52,604 nucleotides of DNA from Acidimicrobiaceae bacterium (GCA_003141815.1 PLNQ01000023.1:1-52604); one strand, 5' to 3'; numbered from the stretch's first letter, positions 19,647-30,915 are shown. The notes: a model not told the origin generated them from the sequence alone. Translations and numbers: made by a program.

Positions 19647-21678
19647 AGGGGGAATCTACCGGTTCCTCGACACTTATCAAGCCGTCGCTCGTAGCGAGGG
19701 CCTGGCGCTGCAGGTTCTGCAACGTGTCGCGGAGCACGGCCGCCTCCTCGAAACGAAGGTCGCCCGCGGCGACCAACATTGCCTCTTCGACGCGGGCAAT
19801 CTCGAGGCTCAGATCGTCGGGCAGGACCCCGTCGAGGGACGAAACCCCGTGGACCTTCGAAGTGACTTCGCGGGGTGCTTCGCTGCGCAGGCGATTCAAG
19901 ATGTCCGCCACGTTCTTCATGACGGTTTGAGGCTCGATGCCGTGTTCTTCGTTATAGGCGCTCTGGAGCAGTCGTCGTCGCTCGGTGAGTGAGATCGAAG
20001 CGCGCATCGAGTCAGTCATGCGGTCCGCGTAGAGGATAGCCCGACCGTTGGAGTTTCGCGCCGCGCGTCCGATCGTCTGGGTGAGGGCGCTGCGCGAGCG
20101 CAAGAAGCCCTCTTTGTCGGCGTCGAGAATCGCCACGAGCGACACCTCAGGTAGGTCGAGGCCTTCGCGCAGCAGGTTGATGCCGACCAGGATGTCGAAT
20201 TCGCCGAGTCGCAGTGAACGCAGGATCTCGATGCGCTGAATGGTGTCGATATCACTATGGAGATACTGGACGCGGTAACCCCCCTTGGCGAGAAAGGCGG
20301 TGAGGTCTTCGGCCATGCGTTTGGTGAGCGTCGTGATGAGGGCTCGCTCACCTCTCGCGATGACGACGTCGAGACGACTTCGCAGATCGTCTATCTGATT
20401 CTTCGTGGGCACGACGAACACTTCGGGATCGAGGAGACCCGTCGGACGAATCACTTGCTCCACGATCTGATCGGAGTGCTCGATTTCGTACGGACCGGGC
20501 GTCGCCGAGACGAAGACCATCTGAGGCACGATCTCCATGAACTCGTCGAAGTTCAACGGACGGTTGTCGAGCGCGCTGGGCAGACGAAAACCGTGTTCGA
20601 CGAGAGTCAGTTTCCTCGATCGGTCCCCGGCGTACTGACCGCGTACCTGGGGAACCGCGACGTGGGATTCGTCGATGACGACGAGCATGTCATCGGGGAA
20701 GTAGTCGAGCAGCGTAAAGGGTCGCTCGCCGGGACTTCGCCCGTCGAGGTGGGCCGAGTAGTTCTCGATACCCGCGCAGATCCCCGTCTGTTCGAGCATC
20801 TCGAGGTCGTGTTCGGTTCGCGAGCGAAGGCGTTGCGCCTCCAGGAGCTTTCCTTCGGCCTGGAAGATCGCTAACTGTTGTTGGAGCTCTGCCTCGATCG
20901 TCTGACCCGCGCGTTGGAGCGTGGCGAGACTCGCCGCGTAGTGCGACGCCGCGAAGAGCGTGAACTCCTTCACCGAGCCGCGACTCTCTTGGGTCACGGG
21001 ATTGAAGAACGAAATCTCCTCAATCACGTCGTCGAAGAAGGACACCCTCACGGCCTCGTTGCTGTAGGCGGGCTGGACTTCGAGGGTGTCGCCCTTCATT
21101 CGAAAACTCCCCCGATCGACGACCAACTCGTTGCGGCTGTACTGCATTTCGACGAGGCGGCGCAGCAGCGCTCGCTGTTCGAATCGCGCACCCACCTCCA
21201 ACGGCAACATCCGCTCGCGGTACTCGAGGGGCGAACCGAGTCCGTAGATGCACGACACCGACGCCACAACGATGGTGTCGCGATGGGTCAAAAGCGACGA
21301 GGTCGCGGCGTGGCGCAGGCGGTCGATCTCTTCGTTGACCGAACTGTCCTTTTCGATGTAGGTGTCGGTGCGAGGAATGTAGGCCTCGGGTTGGTAGTAG
21401 TCGTAGTACGAAACAAAGAACTCGACACGGTTCTTGGGCAACATGTCTCGTAGCTCCGAGGCCAACTGCGCGGCCAGCGACTTATTGGGTTCGAGGATCA
21501 ACGTGGGGCGTTGCACTTGTTCGACCAACCAGGCGATGGTCGCGGTCTTGCCGCTTCCGGTGATGCCCTCGAGGGTCTGGTAGCGAAGTCCGTCCTCGAC
21601 GCCCTGGGTCAGCGCGGCGATCGCTGTGGGTTGGTCGCCCGCGGGCTGAAACGGCGATTCGACGAGAAAGTCAGTCAC
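19639..21678 (-). CDS. uvrB: Excinuclease ABC subunit B
   Basis: [32 protein letters not shown]. Confidence 0.97.
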   Translation of the reverse strand: MTDFLVESPFQPAGDQPTAIAALTQGVEDGLRYQTLEGITGSGKTATIAWLVEQVQRPTLILEPNKSLAAQLASELRDMLPKNRVEFFVSYYDYYQPEAYIPRTDTYIEKDSSVNEEIDRLRHAATSSLLTHRDTIVVASVSCIYGLGSPLEYRERMLPLEVGARFEQRALLRRLVEMQYSRNELVVDRGSFRMKGDTLEVQPAYSNEAVRVSFFDDVIEEISFFNPVTQESRGSVKEFTLFAASHYAASLATLQRAGQTIEAELQQQLAIFQAEGKLLEAQRLRSRTEHDLEMLEQTGICAGIENYSAHLDGRSPGERPFTLLDYFPDDMLVVIDESHVAVPQVRGQYAGDRSRKLTLVEHGFRLPSALDNRPLNFDEFMEIVPQMVFVSATPGPYEIEHSDQIVEQVIRPTGLLDPEVFVVPTKNQIDDLRSRLDVVIARGERALITTLTKRMAEDLTAFLAKGGYRVQYLHSDIDTIQRIEILRSLRLGEFDILVGINLLREGLDLPEVSLVAILDADKEGFLRSRSALTQTIGRAARNSNGRAILYADRMTDSMRASISLTERRRLLQSAYNEEHGIEPQTVMKNVADILNRLRSEAPREVTSKVHGVSSLDGVLPDDLSLEIARVEEAMLVAAGDLRFEEAAVLRDTLQNLQRQALATSDGLISVEEPVDSPYV

Positions 21679-22265
21679 TGCGCACCTGTTTCGGCGAGGT
21701 TCGCGTCGAGTTGCGCGAAAAGATCGTCGAGCGTGCCGTTGTTCCACAACACGCGGTCGGCGAGAGATTCGAGCTCTTTGTTACTCATCTGCGCGGCAAG
21801 ACGAGCGCGTGCGTCGTGTTCGTCGAACCCGCGCTGCTCCAACAATCTGGAAAGGGCGATCGCGGGATCGACCAGGACGGCCCAGACCTCGTCAAGGCGA
21901 AAGGCCTCGCGGTGTTCAGGTCGAAAGAGCGGCAGCTCAATGAAAACTAACTCCGCGACCGTGGTGTCGAGTTCGCGAACGATCTCGTTGCCGATATAGC
22001 CGTGCGTGATGTGGTTCAGTCGTCGAAGCGCGCTGGCGTCGTGGAACGCGACGTCCGCCATGAACTTTCGGTCGAGCTCACCCGCCGGCGTGAGGACGGC
22101 CGTGCCGAACGCGTCACGTAACGCGGTCCACGCGGGCTCACCCTTTCGAACGACATCCCGCGCCACCACGTCGGCATCGATGACCGGCCAGCCCAAGGAC
22201 GCGAGTCGCTCCGAAAGGACGGTTTTACCCGCCCCGATACCGCCCGCAAGGACAACTCTTTTCAC
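21675..22265 (-). CDS. coaE: Dephospho-CoA kinase
   Basis: GGIGAGKT, IDAD, ARLAAQM. Confidence 0.94.
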   Translation of the reverse strand: MKRVVLAGGIGAGKTVLSERLASLGWPVIDADVVARDVVRKGEPAWTALRDAFGTAVLTPAGELDRKFMADVAFHDASALRRLNHITHGYIGNEIVRELDTTVAELVFIELPLFRPEHREAFRLDEVWAVLVDPAIALSRLLEQRGFDEHDARARLAAQMSNKELESLADRVLWNNGTLDDLFAQLDANLAETGAQ

Positions 22266-22373
22266 ACGACCACGGTACTCATAGCCACTGACATCCCAGC
22301 CGGAGCACAGTGAGGGTTACTCGTCGGTACGCCGTCGTTGGCTAATGTCCTTAAAGGTTCCAGAGGGGGAACG

Positions 22374-23324
22374 TTGGCTCGATATTTAGTGCGGCGACTG
22401 ATCACGCTGATCGTCATCGTCTTCATCATCACCGTGGGAGCCTTCTACCTCATCCACCTTTTACCAGGGGATCCGGCGGTCGTAATTCTCGGCACCGGCG
22501 ACAGCCCATCGAATCGGGCGAAGCTGTATCACCAGCTCGGACTCAACAAGCCGATTTTTGAGCAGTACTTCATATGGATAAAGAACGTTGTGAGAGGAAA
22601 CCTCGGGACGTCCTTCATCTCGCAGACCACGGTCTGGAGCACGATCAAGACCGCCCTTCCCATCGACGTCGAGATCATCGTCCTTAGTCAGATACTGGCC
22701 TTCGCCGTCGCCATTCCTACGGCAATGCGCAGCGCCCGTAAGCCCGACGGCTGGTTGGACCGAATCCTCAGTGCCGGCAGTTTCACGCTTCTCTCCATTC
22801 CTTCCTTCGTCATGATCGTGCTACTCGTCCTGTTCGTCGCCATCAAGCTCGGCATTCCGCACACGGGCCCCTCGTCGTACGCCTCCTTCAGTTCCGATTG
22901 GATCGCGAACCTCGAGAGCCTCGCGCTACCCTCGTTCACTCTGGCGGTGGGCAGTTACGTGGTCTACTACCGGGTGCTGCGAAGTGACCTGATCGCGACC
23001 TTGCAAGAGGAGTTCATCACCATGGCGCGCTCCAAGGGCATCAGCCAGCGACGCATCATGTGGCGCCACGCCTTTCGACCCTCGTCGGTGGCACTCCTCG
23101 GCACCGCGGGAGTCAATATCGGTGGACTCCTGGCCGGTGGCTTCATCGTGCAGTACCTCTTGAGCATCCCCGGCCTGGGCTACACCCTGATCGCCTCCAT
23201 AGGTCGAAGCGACTACCTGGTCGTCCAGGGCATCGTGCTCGTCGTCTCCGTCGGGGTCATCCTCATCAACTTCGCCTTCGACTTCATCATCAATATTGTC
23301 GACCCGAGGATCAGTCGTGAGTAG
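22374..23324 (+). CDS. Oligopeptide/dipeptide ABC permease (OppB/DppB-like)
   Basis: PGDP, LGLNKP..QY, MARSKG EAA loop. Confidence 0.9.
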   Translation: MARYLVRRLITLIVIVFIITVGAFYLIHLLPGDPAVVILGTGDSPSNRAKLYHQLGLNKPIFEQYFIWIKNVVRGNLGTSFISQTTVWSTIKTALPIDVEIIVLSQILAFAVAIPTAMRSARKPDGWLDRILSAGSFTLLSIPSFVMIVLLVLFVAIKLGIPHTGPSSYASFSSDWIANLESLALPSFTLAVGSYVVYYRVLRSDLIATLQEEFITMARSKGISQRRIMWRHAFRPSSVALLGTAGVNIGGLLAGGFIVQYLLSIPGLGYTLIASIGRSDYLVVQGIVLVVSVGVILINFAFDFIINIVDPRISRE

Positions 23325-24201
23325 CTCAATAGAAGTCAATGAGATGGTGGAGGAGGCGTCGGTCCACGATCGTCCCGAGCGAAAGAGACGACTCGGGCTG
23401 CTGTTTTGGACCTGCGTAGGTTGGATCGTTCTCATCGTCCTCGCCGCCATCCTCGCCAACGTGCTCCCCCTGCAGAACCCTCTTTTTCAGAACTACGCCA
23501 CGGTAAACGCGGGTCCTTCACTACACCACCTCTTTGGCACCGACGACCTCGGTCGCGACATCTTCTCCCGGATCGTCTTTGGTTCAAGGGTCTCGATCGA
23601 GGTCAGTCTCGGGGCCATGGTCATCGGCTTTGGTGTCGGCGCGCCGCTAGGAATGTTGGCGGCGTACCGGAGAGGAAAGTTCGACGCCATCTTGTCATCG
23701 GTCATGTACGTCTTTCTCGCCTTTCCCGCCATCATCGCCACGATCGCGGTGCTCTCGTTCTGGACGCCCCGGTCGCTGCTCAAGATCATCATCGTGATCG
23801 GCGTCGCGTCGATCCCCCTCGTGTACCGCGTTATTCGTAGCGCCGCGATGACCATCGCGACCAAGGACTACGTCGTCGCGGCCAAGGTCCAAGGCGCAAC
23901 CGACCGACGCATACTCATGAAGGAACTATTGCCCAACGTCGCGCCGGTCGGCATCTCCTTCCTGCTGGTCGGCATCGCGACGGTCGTCACGCTCGAGGGA
24001 TCGCTCGCCTTCCTCGGACTTTCGGTGAACGCCCCGACGCCGTCGTGGGGCAACATGATCAACGAGAGCCTCGCGAACTTGCAGACCAATCCCTGGCTCG
24101 CGATCTTCCCCTCACTCGCGATGTGCCTTTTCTTACTGTGTTTGAACTTCATTGGTGACCGACTTCGTGCTCACTTCGACGTCTCCGAGGGCAAACTGTG
24201 A
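23317..24201 (+). CDS. Oligopeptide/dipeptide ABC permease (OppC/DppC-like)
   Basis: HLFGTDDLGRDIFSR, LLPN, FLGL..PSWG. Confidence 0.92.
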   Translation: MSSSIEVNEMVEEASVHDRPERKRRLGLLFWTCVGWIVLIVLAAILANVLPLQNPLFQNYATVNAGPSLHHLFGTDDLGRDIFSRIVFGSRVSIEVSLGAMVIGFGVGAPLGMLAAYRRGKFDAILSSVMYVFLAFPAIIATIAVLSFWTPRSLLKIIIVIGVASIPLVYRVIRSAAMTIATKDYVVAAKVQGATDRRILMKELLPNVAPVGISFLLVGIATVVTLEGSLAFLGLSVNAPTPSWGNMINESLANLQTNPWLAIFPSLAMCLFLLCLNFIGDRLRAHFDVSEGKL

Positions 24202-25199
24202 GCCAAGAACAGCGACTTCTCGTCGTCAAGGATCTCGCCACGACGTTTCACACCCCTTCGGGACCACTGGTGGCCGTGGGTGGCGTCTCGTTCGACCTTA
24301 AGCAAAACGAGACGCTCGGCATCGTCGGCGAGTCGGGTTCAGGTAAGACGGTCCTCTCACGCACGATCATGGGGCTTCAGCCGCGCACCAATGTCGAAGT
24401 GAGTGGTTCGGTGCTCTTGAACGGCTTCGAGGTCGTGGGAGCCAGCGAAAAGGACAAGCGAGACATCTGGGGCCTCGAAGTGGCCATGATCTTCCAAGAT
24501 CCCATGACGTCGCTCAATCCCGTGATGCGAATCGGCAAGCAGATCGATGAGATCTTGCGCGTGCGTCTCGGCATGGATCGCCCGGCCGCGAAGGCGAGAG
24601 CTATCGAGCTGCTCGATCTCGTGGGCATTCCCTCACCGACGGAGCGCTACAACGTCTTTCCCGGGGAGCTCTCCGGCGGCATGCGCCAGCGCGTCGTCAT
24701 CGCGACCGCGCTCGCTGGTTCACCCAAGTTGTTGATGGCCGACGAGCCGACGACGGGTCTCGACGTGACGATTCAGGCTCAGATCTTGAACCTGCTCGAA
24801 GAGTTGAAGGAGAAAATGAAGATGTCCGTCGTACTCGTCACCCACGACCTAGGCGTGGTCGCGACGAGGACCTCGCGGATCATCGTGATGTACGCCGGGC
24901 GGATCGTCGAGATGGGCGCCACACGCGACGTCTTCACCCAGCACCGCATGCCCTACACCCGGGCGCTGCTCGAGGGATCGCCGAAGGTCTCCAATCCCTC
25001 ACACACCCGTCTTCTCGCTATTCCCGGACGACCGCCGAACCTACTCAACCTTCCCAACGGCTGCAGTTTCGCGCCGCGTTGCTCTTTCGCGACCGATCGA
25101 TGTCACCAAGAGCGACCGGAACTCGAAGCTACCAGCGCACCGGGTCACACGTTCGCCTGTTGGAACCCCCTACCCGTGAAGGAAAGGGCGTCGGCGTGA
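24198..25199 (+). CDS. Oligopeptide ABC ATPase (OppD-like)
   Basis: [27 protein letters not shown]-terminal Cys cluster. Confidence 0.93.
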   Translation: MSQEQRLLVVKDLATTFHTPSGPLVAVGGVSFDLKQNETLGIVGESGSGKTVLSRTIMGLQPRTNVEVSGSVLLNGFEVVGASEKDKRDIWGLEVAMIFQDPMTSLNPVMRIGKQIDEILRVRLGMDRPAAKARAIELLDLVGIPSPTERYNVFPGELSGGMRQRVVIATALAGSPKLLMADEPTTGLDVTIQAQILNLLEELKEKMKMSVVLVTHDLGVVATRTSRIIVMYAGRIVEMGATRDVFTQHRMPYTRALLEGSPKVSNPSHTRLLAIPGRPPNLLNLPNGCSFAPRCSFATDRCHQERPELEATSAPGHTFACWNPLPVKERASA

Positions 25200-26173
25200 G
25201 CGACTCCACCCAGCCCCTCTTGAAGGTCCGTGACCTCACGATCACTTTCGGTTCGCACCGACGCAAACTCAGCGCGGTCGCCGGCATAAGTTTCGATATC
25301 TACGAGGGCGAGACGCTCGGCCTCGTCGGCGAGTCGGGGTGCGGCAAGTCCACCACCGGCAAAGCGCTCATGCGCATCGTCGAGCCCTCGAGCGGAACGA
25401 TCGAGCTCGAGGGGATCGAGCTCACCACCAAAAAAGGCAAGGACCTTCGAAACTTTCGAACGCGCATGCAGATGATCTTTCAAGATCCGATCAGTTCACT
25501 CAACCCTCGTCGTCGAGTGAAGGACATCGTTGCCGAACCCTTGGACTGTTGGAAGACCGTCGAAGGCGCCGAACGTGAGGCCCTCGTGAACGATCTCTTG
25601 AGCAAGGTCGGCATCGACCCCGTCGCCTACGGCGACCGCTACGCCCGTCAGTTCTCGGGCGGCCAGTGTCAGCGCATCTCGATCGCTCGCTCGCTCGCCA
25701 TGCGACCGAAGTTGTTGATCTGTGACGAGATGGTCTCAGCCCTCGACGTGTCCGTGCAGGCGCAGATCCTGAATCTCTTAGAGGATCTGAAGGCCGAGTA
25801 CGGGTTGACCTTGTTGTTCATCGCCCACGACCTCGCGGTCGTGAAGAACGTCTCGGACCGCGTGGCGGTCATGTACCTGGGCAAGATCTGTGAGATCGGA
25901 CCGTCGGACACGCTCTACGAGTCGCCCGAACACCCCTACACCAAGTTCCTCTTGGGCGCGGCCCTCGAGGCCGATCCCGACTCACCGATTCATGGCGACG
26001 TCTTGAGCGGCGAACCACCGAGTCCATTGAATCCACCGAGCGGTTGCCGGTTTCGAACCCGTTGTCCGAACGCCACCGACAAGTGCGCGAACGAAGAACC
26101 CCAACTCGTCGAGATCGCGACCGGTCACCAAGTGGCCTGTCACTACCCACTGTCCACGCTCGTTCGTAAGTAG
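25196..26173 (+). CDS. Oligopeptide ABC ATPase (OppF-like)
   Basis: GESGCGKST, FSGGQCQR, HPYT, PPSGCRFRTRC. Confidence 0.93.
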   Translation: MSDSTQPLLKVRDLTITFGSHRRKLSAVAGISFDIYEGETLGLVGESGCGKSTTGKALMRIVEPSSGTIELEGIELTTKKGKDLRNFRTRMQMIFQDPISSLNPRRRVKDIVAEPLDCWKTVEGAEREALVNDLLSKVGIDPVAYGDRYARQFSGGQCQRISIARSLAMRPKLLICDEMVSALDVSVQAQILNLLEDLKAEYGLTLLFIAHDLAVVKNVSDRVAVMYLGKICEIGPSDTLYESPEHPYTKFLLGAALEADPDSPIHGDVLSGEPPSPLNPPSGCRFRTRCPNATDKCANEEPQLVEIATGHQVACHYPLSTLVRK

Positions 26174-26214
26174 AGCGCAGCCCCACGTAGGGGCGGCGCA
26201 CGACGAACGACGTG

Positions 26215-27636
26215 CTACTCGCTCGGAGTTTCCGTCTCGGTGTCGTCGGTGACTTCGATCGTCACCGTCAACTCAACGTCCTCGGGTGCAGCGGCTTCGT
26301 CAGTTGCGACGGCGCCTTCACTCTCGTCCGCGCTCTTCGGAGCGACCTCGGTGGCGTACTCGGCCCACGCGGCCTGCGCCTCGGTCTCGGGGGTGAACTC
26401 GCCGTACTCGATGGAACCGATGTAGTTCCCTTCGCTGTCGTAGGCGTGTGAACCGAAGGCTTCGCGGTACTCCTCGGAGACCTCGCCACCGTCGGCGGCC
26501 TGCTTGATGGACAAGCTGATACGACGACGGGCCGTGTCGAGTTCGATGATCTTGACCCAGAGTTCTTCGCCGGCCGTGACGACCTGGTCGGGTGACTCGA
26601 CGTGGTGTGCGGCCATCTCTGAGATGTGCACGAGTCCCTCGATCCCCTCGCCCACCTGAATGAAGGCCCCGAAGGGCACCAACTTGGTGACGCGGCCGTA
26701 GACCAACTGGTCAACGGCGTGACTGTCCGCGAAGACCTGCCACGGGTCGGACTGGGTGGCCTTCAGTGAGAGCGAGATGCGCTCCTTGGAGAAGTCCACG
26801 TCGAGGACCTCGACGTCCACTTCGTCACCAACGGCGACGACTTGACTCGGGTGGTCGATGTGCTTCCAACTGAGCTCCGAGACGTGAATCAACCCGTCCA
26901 TGCCGCCCAGGTCCACGAAGGCACCGAAGTTGACGACCGAGGAGATGACGCCGTGACGACGCTCGCCGGGCTTGAGGTTCGACAAGAAGTCCCCACGCTG
27001 TTCCTTCTGGGTCTCTTCGAGCCAGGCGCGGCGCGAGAGCACCACGTTGTTGCGGTTGCGGTCGAGTTCGATGATCTTCGCCTCGACAGTCTTGCCGATG
27101 TAGGGCTGGAGTTCGCGGACGCGACGCAGCTCGACGAGCGACGCGGGCAAGAAGCCGCGAAGACCGATGTCGACGATGAGTCCACCCTTGACGACCTCGA
27201 TGACGACACCCTTGACGACCTCGTCGCGGTTCTTCAACTCTTCGATGTTGGCCCAGGCCTTCTCGTACTGTGCGCGCTTCTTCGAAAGGACGAGTCGTCC
27301 CTCCTTGTCTTCCTTCTGGAGGACCAGGCACTCAATGCGCTCGCCCATCGAAACGATCTCCGAGGGGTCGACGTCATTGCGGATGGAGAGTTCGCGCGAG
27401 GGGATGACGCCCTCGGATTTGAAACCAATGTCGAGCAGGACTTCGTCGTGGTCGATCTTGACGACGGTGCCGATCACCAAGTCGCCGTCTTCGAATTCGA
27501 GGACGCTGTCGCCCACGAGAGAGGTGAGGTCGGTACCGACCAGGTTGTCTTCGGTGATGACGCGCGGGATGTAGTTCCCAGATTCGTCAAAGGTTCCCAT
27601 TTGTTGGGTGGAGAGGAGGCTCGTGCCGTCCGACAT
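26215..27636 (-). CDS. rpsA: 30S ribosomal protein S1
   Basis: Four S1 domains, actinobacterial type (LSKKRAQYE, GLIHVSELSWKH). Confidence 0.97.
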   Translation of the reverse strand: MSDGTSLLSTQQMGTFDESGNYIPRVITEDNLVGTDLTSLVGDSVLEFEDGDLVIGTVVKIDHDEVLLDIGFKSEGVIPSRELSIRNDVDPSEIVSMGERIECLVLQKEDKEGRLVLSKKRAQYEKAWANIEELKNRDEVVKGVVIEVVKGGLIVDIGLRGFLPASLVELRRVRELQPYIGKTVEAKIIELDRNRNNVVLSRRAWLEETQKEQRGDFLSNLKPGERRHGVISSVVNFGAFVDLGGMDGLIHVSELSWKHIDHPSQVVAVGDEVDVEVLDVDFSKERISLSLKATQSDPWQVFADSHAVDQLVYGRVTKLVPFGAFIQVGEGIEGLVHISEMAAHHVESPDQVVTAGEELWVKIIELDTARRRISLSIKQAADGGEVSEEYREAFGSHAYDSEGNYIGSIEYGEFTPETEAQAAWAEYATEVAPKSADESEGAVATDEAAAPEDVELTVTIEVTDDTETETPSE

Positions 27637-27651
27637 GCGTACTTCTTTCGT

Positions 27652-27722
27652 TTGACCGCACCGGGGTCTAACTAGTCAATAGGGCTGGGTCGCCGGTGTT
27701 AACCCAGGTGACAACTCTAGCA
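27652..27722 (-). promoter_or_regulatory. rpsA promoter (extended -10) and structured 5' leader
   Basis: TGcTAGAGT at 27722-27714; hairpins CTGGGT/ACCCAG and TTGAC/GTCAA with complementary loop hexamers CACCGG/CCGGTG. Confidence 0.6.
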
Positions 27723-27731
27723 CCGAGGCTC

Positions 27732-30350
27732 CTAGCCCTTCGCGGCCGCCCAGTTCTCGCCCCAGTTCAGTGACACCTCAAGCGGCACGCTGAGGGCGGC
27801 GGCGTTGGTCAGCGCGTCGATCATGATCTCACTGACGCGCTCTTTCTCACTCGGCGGCGCCTCGACGACGACTTCGTCGTGCACTTGGAGGATCAGACGG
27901 GCTTCGAGTTTCTCGGCGTTCAGCTGACGGTCGAGGCGCACGAGCGCGGACTTGAAGATGTCGGCCGCGAGCCCCTGGATGCCGGCATTCATCGCCTGGC
28001 GTTCGGCGGCTTGGCGCTGGGGACCGACGGCCGTGGCGAGGTCGGGGAAAGGTCGGATCCGCCCGAATTCCGTGCGCGAGTACCCCCGATTTCGGATCTC
28101 CTTCACAATGTTGTCCAAGTAGTTACGCAGACTCGGGAAGCCCTCGAAGTACTTGTTCATGATCTCTTTCGCGGCACTGACGGGAACACCGAGACGTTGG
28201 CTGAGCCCGAAGGCCTCCATGCCGTACGCGAGGCCGTACGAGACGGCCTTGGCGCGTTCGCGCTGTTCGTTGGAGACCTCGTCGGGCGTGACGCCAAAGA
28301 CCGAGGCGGCGATCGTGCGGTGCACGTCCTCGTGTGACGCGAAGGCCGCGAGCAGTCCCTGGTCTTGCGACAGGTGCGCCAAGATTCGCAGTTCGATCTG
28401 GTTGTAATCCGAGACCGCGAGCAACCACCCTTCGCTCGGGATGAAGGCGTAGCGCAGTCGCCGTCCCTCCTTGGAGCGGACGGGAATGTTGTGCAGGTTG
28501 GGATTCTCCGACGAGAGACGGCCAGTGCGCGCGACGACCTGGCTGAACGTCGCGTGGATCCTCTCGTCGGGACCGACGGCGTCAATGAGTGGTGCGCCGT
28601 AGGTGCTGCGCAGTTTCTCCACTTCGCGGTAACGAAGAATGAGCGGGATGATGCGGTGATCGTCTTGGATCGCCTCGAGACTCGTCGCATCCGTCGAGAA
28701 GCCCGACTTGATCTTCTTCACCGCGGTGAGACCCAACTCGCTGAAGAGGACCGTCTGGAGTTGCTGGGGCGAGTTGACCTTGAACTCGTGGCCGGCGACT
28801 TTTTGGATCTCGAGGTCGAGTTCTTTGGCTTCGGTGCTGAACTCGTCGGCGATGGTCTTCAGCAGCGCCGCGTCCACGCGAATACCACGCGCCTCCATGC
28901 GCGCGAGCACCGCGACGAGGGGTAGCTCGACCTCTTCATAGATGCGATTGAGCTCCCACCGGTCGATCTCGGTGCGCAACACCTCTCGGAGGTGCGCGAT
29001 GAGTTGGACGTCGTGAATCAACGTCTCGTCGCTCGTCGCACTGAACAACGACGGCCGTGCGTCAGTAATGGGTTCGCCGAGGAAACGGTTCGCCACGTCC
29101 GCGAGGTCGTAGTGCCCACTGATGGCGTCGACGAGAAAGGCCATGATCGCCGTGTCGTCGGCCGGTTCGCGCAGCGTTACCCCTCGTTCGTCGCCGAGCC
29201 GGTACAGGCGCTTAATGTCGTGCCCGGCGAGCGCCACGTCATCGACTCCCAGAAAGAACTCCTCGAGATCGACGACAGCGATCGAACCCGACGCCGCGTT
29301 CAAGACCGCGGCGCGCTCGTCACTAAAGGCCACGACTGGACCCGACGTGCCAATCAGCACTGCCGCGAGCGACGACTCGTGCTTGAACGTCGCCGCCTTC
29401 TTCGCGGGTGCCTTGGGCGCCACGGCCTCACCCTGAGCAGAGGGCTCGCCGAGCAGGCCCGCCTTCATCAGTTTGTTCATGCGCACGCTCATCGAGTTCA
29501 TTTCGAAGCGTTCGAAGAACGTCTCCACTTCCTGGCGGCTCCAGCCGCCGAGGGTCAGATCGTCCAACGTGAAGTCGAGCGGCACGTCGCGCACGAGTCG
29601 CATGACCATTTCGTTATTGCGAGCGCGTGCTTCGTACGTGAGGAGATTCTCTCGCAACTTGGGTGTCAACTCGTCAACGTGGGCGTAGAGGTCGTCGAAG
29701 TCGCGGTACTGCGCGAAGAGTTTCGCTGCCGTCTTCTCCCCCACGCCCGGCACGCCGGGCAAGTTGTCCGAGGCATCACCGCGCAACGCCGCAAGAAGTG
29801 GATAACGCGCTGGCTCGATGCCGCACCGCTCGAAGATGCCCGCCTCGTCGTAGAGCGAGTAGTCCGACACTCCGCGACGGTTGTAGAGCACTTTGATGAA
29901 GGGGTCCTCGACAAGTTGAAATGTGTCTCGATCCCCGGACACGACCAAAACGGGGATCTGAGCTTCGCGACCCCAGGTCGCCAGCGTCGCCAGCACGTCG
30001 TCAGCCTCGAAGTGGTGGACGCCGAGTACGGGGATGTGGAGGGTCTCGCACATGGTGCGGATGAGATCGAACTGGTGTTCAATCTCGGGCGGAGTCTCGG
30101 CACGACCGCCCTTGTAGTCCTCGGTCAGGGTGTCGCGAAACGTACCACCGGGCAGATCGAAGGCAACGGCCAACGCGCGGGGGTTCTGCGAACCCACCAA
30201 CGACACCAGCATCGACGCGAAGCCGTGCAGCGCGTTCGTGACGACACCCGTCGACGTCTGTATGTCGGTGGGCAGTGCGAAGAATGCACGAAAGGCGAGC
30301 GACATTCCGTCCAACAGCACGAGGGGCCGCTGGTCGGCGACCTCAGCCAA
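27732..30350 (-). CDS. polA: DNA polymerase I
   Basis: 5'-3' exonuclease (LLDG..AFRAFFA, EADD, GDASDNLPGVPG); polymerase motifs DYNQIELR, LQVHDE. Confidence 0.97.
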   Translation of the reverse strand: MAEVADQRPLVLLDGMSLAFRAFFALPTDIQTSTGVVTNALHGFASMLVSLVGSQNPRALAVAFDLPGGTFRDTLTEDYKGGRAETPPEIEHQFDLIRTMCETLHIPVLGVHHFEADDVLATLATWGREAQIPVLVVSGDRDTFQLVEDPFIKVLYNRRGVSDYSLYDEAGIFERCGIEPARYPLLAALRGDASDNLPGVPGVGEKTAAKLFAQYRDFDDLYAHVDELTPKLRENLLTYEARARNNEMVMRLVRDVPLDFTLDDLTLGGWSRQEVETFFERFEMNSMSVRMNKLMKAGLLGEPSAQGEAVAPKAPAKKAATFKHESSLAAVLIGTSGPVVAFSDERAAVLNAASGSIAVVDLEEFFLGVDDVALAGHDIKRLYRLGDERGVTLREPADDTAIMAFLVDAISGHYDLADVANRFLGEPITDARPSLFSATSDETLIHDVQLIAHLREVLRTEIDRWELNRIYEEVELPLVAVLARMEARGIRVDAALLKTIADEFSTEAKELDLEIQKVAGHEFKVNSPQQLQTVLFSELGLTAVKKIKSGFSTDATSLEAIQDDHRIIPLILRYREVEKLRSTYGAPLIDAVGPDERIHATFSQVVARTGRLSSENPNLHNIPVRSKEGRRLRYAFIPSEGWLLAVSDYNQIELRILAHLSQDQGLLAAFASHEDVHRTIAASVFGVTPDEVSNEQRERAKAVSYGLAYGMEAFGLSQRLGVPVSAAKEIMNKYFEGFPSLRNYLDNIVKEIRNRGYSRTEFGRIRPFPDLATAVGPQRQAAERQAMNAGIQGLAADIFKSALVRLDRQLNAEKLEARLILQVHDEVVVEAPPSEKERVSEIMIDALTNAAALSVPLEVSLNWGENWAAAKG

Positions 30351-30915
30351 CGAACTCACCTCTGAGGATCTGTTGAGCGACGTCGCGCATTCGGGTGCGT
30401 GCGCGCATGGCGGACTGCTGGATGACCTCAAAGGCCGCCGGCTCGTCGAGGCCGCGTTCGGCCATCAGCATCTCCTTGGCTCGTTGCACAATCTCTCGGG
30501 TCTCGATCTTGTCGTCGGCACTCGGGGCTTCGTGTGTGACGAGTGGTTCGCTGGCCGTGGGATTAAGAATCGCCGCGAGCTTGGGCAAGATCTCGCTACT
30601 ACGAAAGGGCTTGACCAAATACGCGGCCACGCCCGCGTCACGCGCGCTCTCAATGAGCGTGCGCTGGCTGAACGCAGTCAACAAGACGACGACAGTCGAC
30701 GAACCCTTCAAGGTCCGCGCGACTTCTACGCCGTCAAGGCCGGGCATCTTGATGTCCAAGAGTGCAAGGTCGGGTTGGTGCTGCTGAATCATTGCCAGTG
30801 CGTCGTCGCCGCGCGCGGCTTCACCCACCACCAGATAGCCGTCACCCTCCAAGATCTCCTTGAGGTCCAATCGGATGATCGACTCATCGTCGGCAATCAC
30901 CACGCGCTTATCCAT
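30343..30915 (-). CDS. pdtaR: ANTAR-domain response regulator (PdtaR-like)
   Basis: Receiver domain ADDE..LLDIKMP..YLVKPF plus ANTAR RAKEMLM..EPAAFEVIQ; usual position beside polA. Confidence 0.88.
   Translation of the reverse strand: MDKRVVIADDESIIRLDLKEILEGDGYLVVGEAARGDDALAMIQQHQPDLALLDIKMPGLDGVEVARTLKGSSTVVVLLTAFSQRTLIESARDAGVAAYLVKPFRSSEILPKLAAILNPTASEPLVTHEAPSADDKIETREIVQRAKEMLMAERGLDEPAAFEVIQQSAMRARTRMRDVAQQILRGEFVG

Noticed and set aside
27652-27707. rpsA leader as an ANTAR (PdtaR) target
   Set aside because: ANTAR targets are twin hairpins with hexanucleotide loops; these loops are much larger and complementary to each other.
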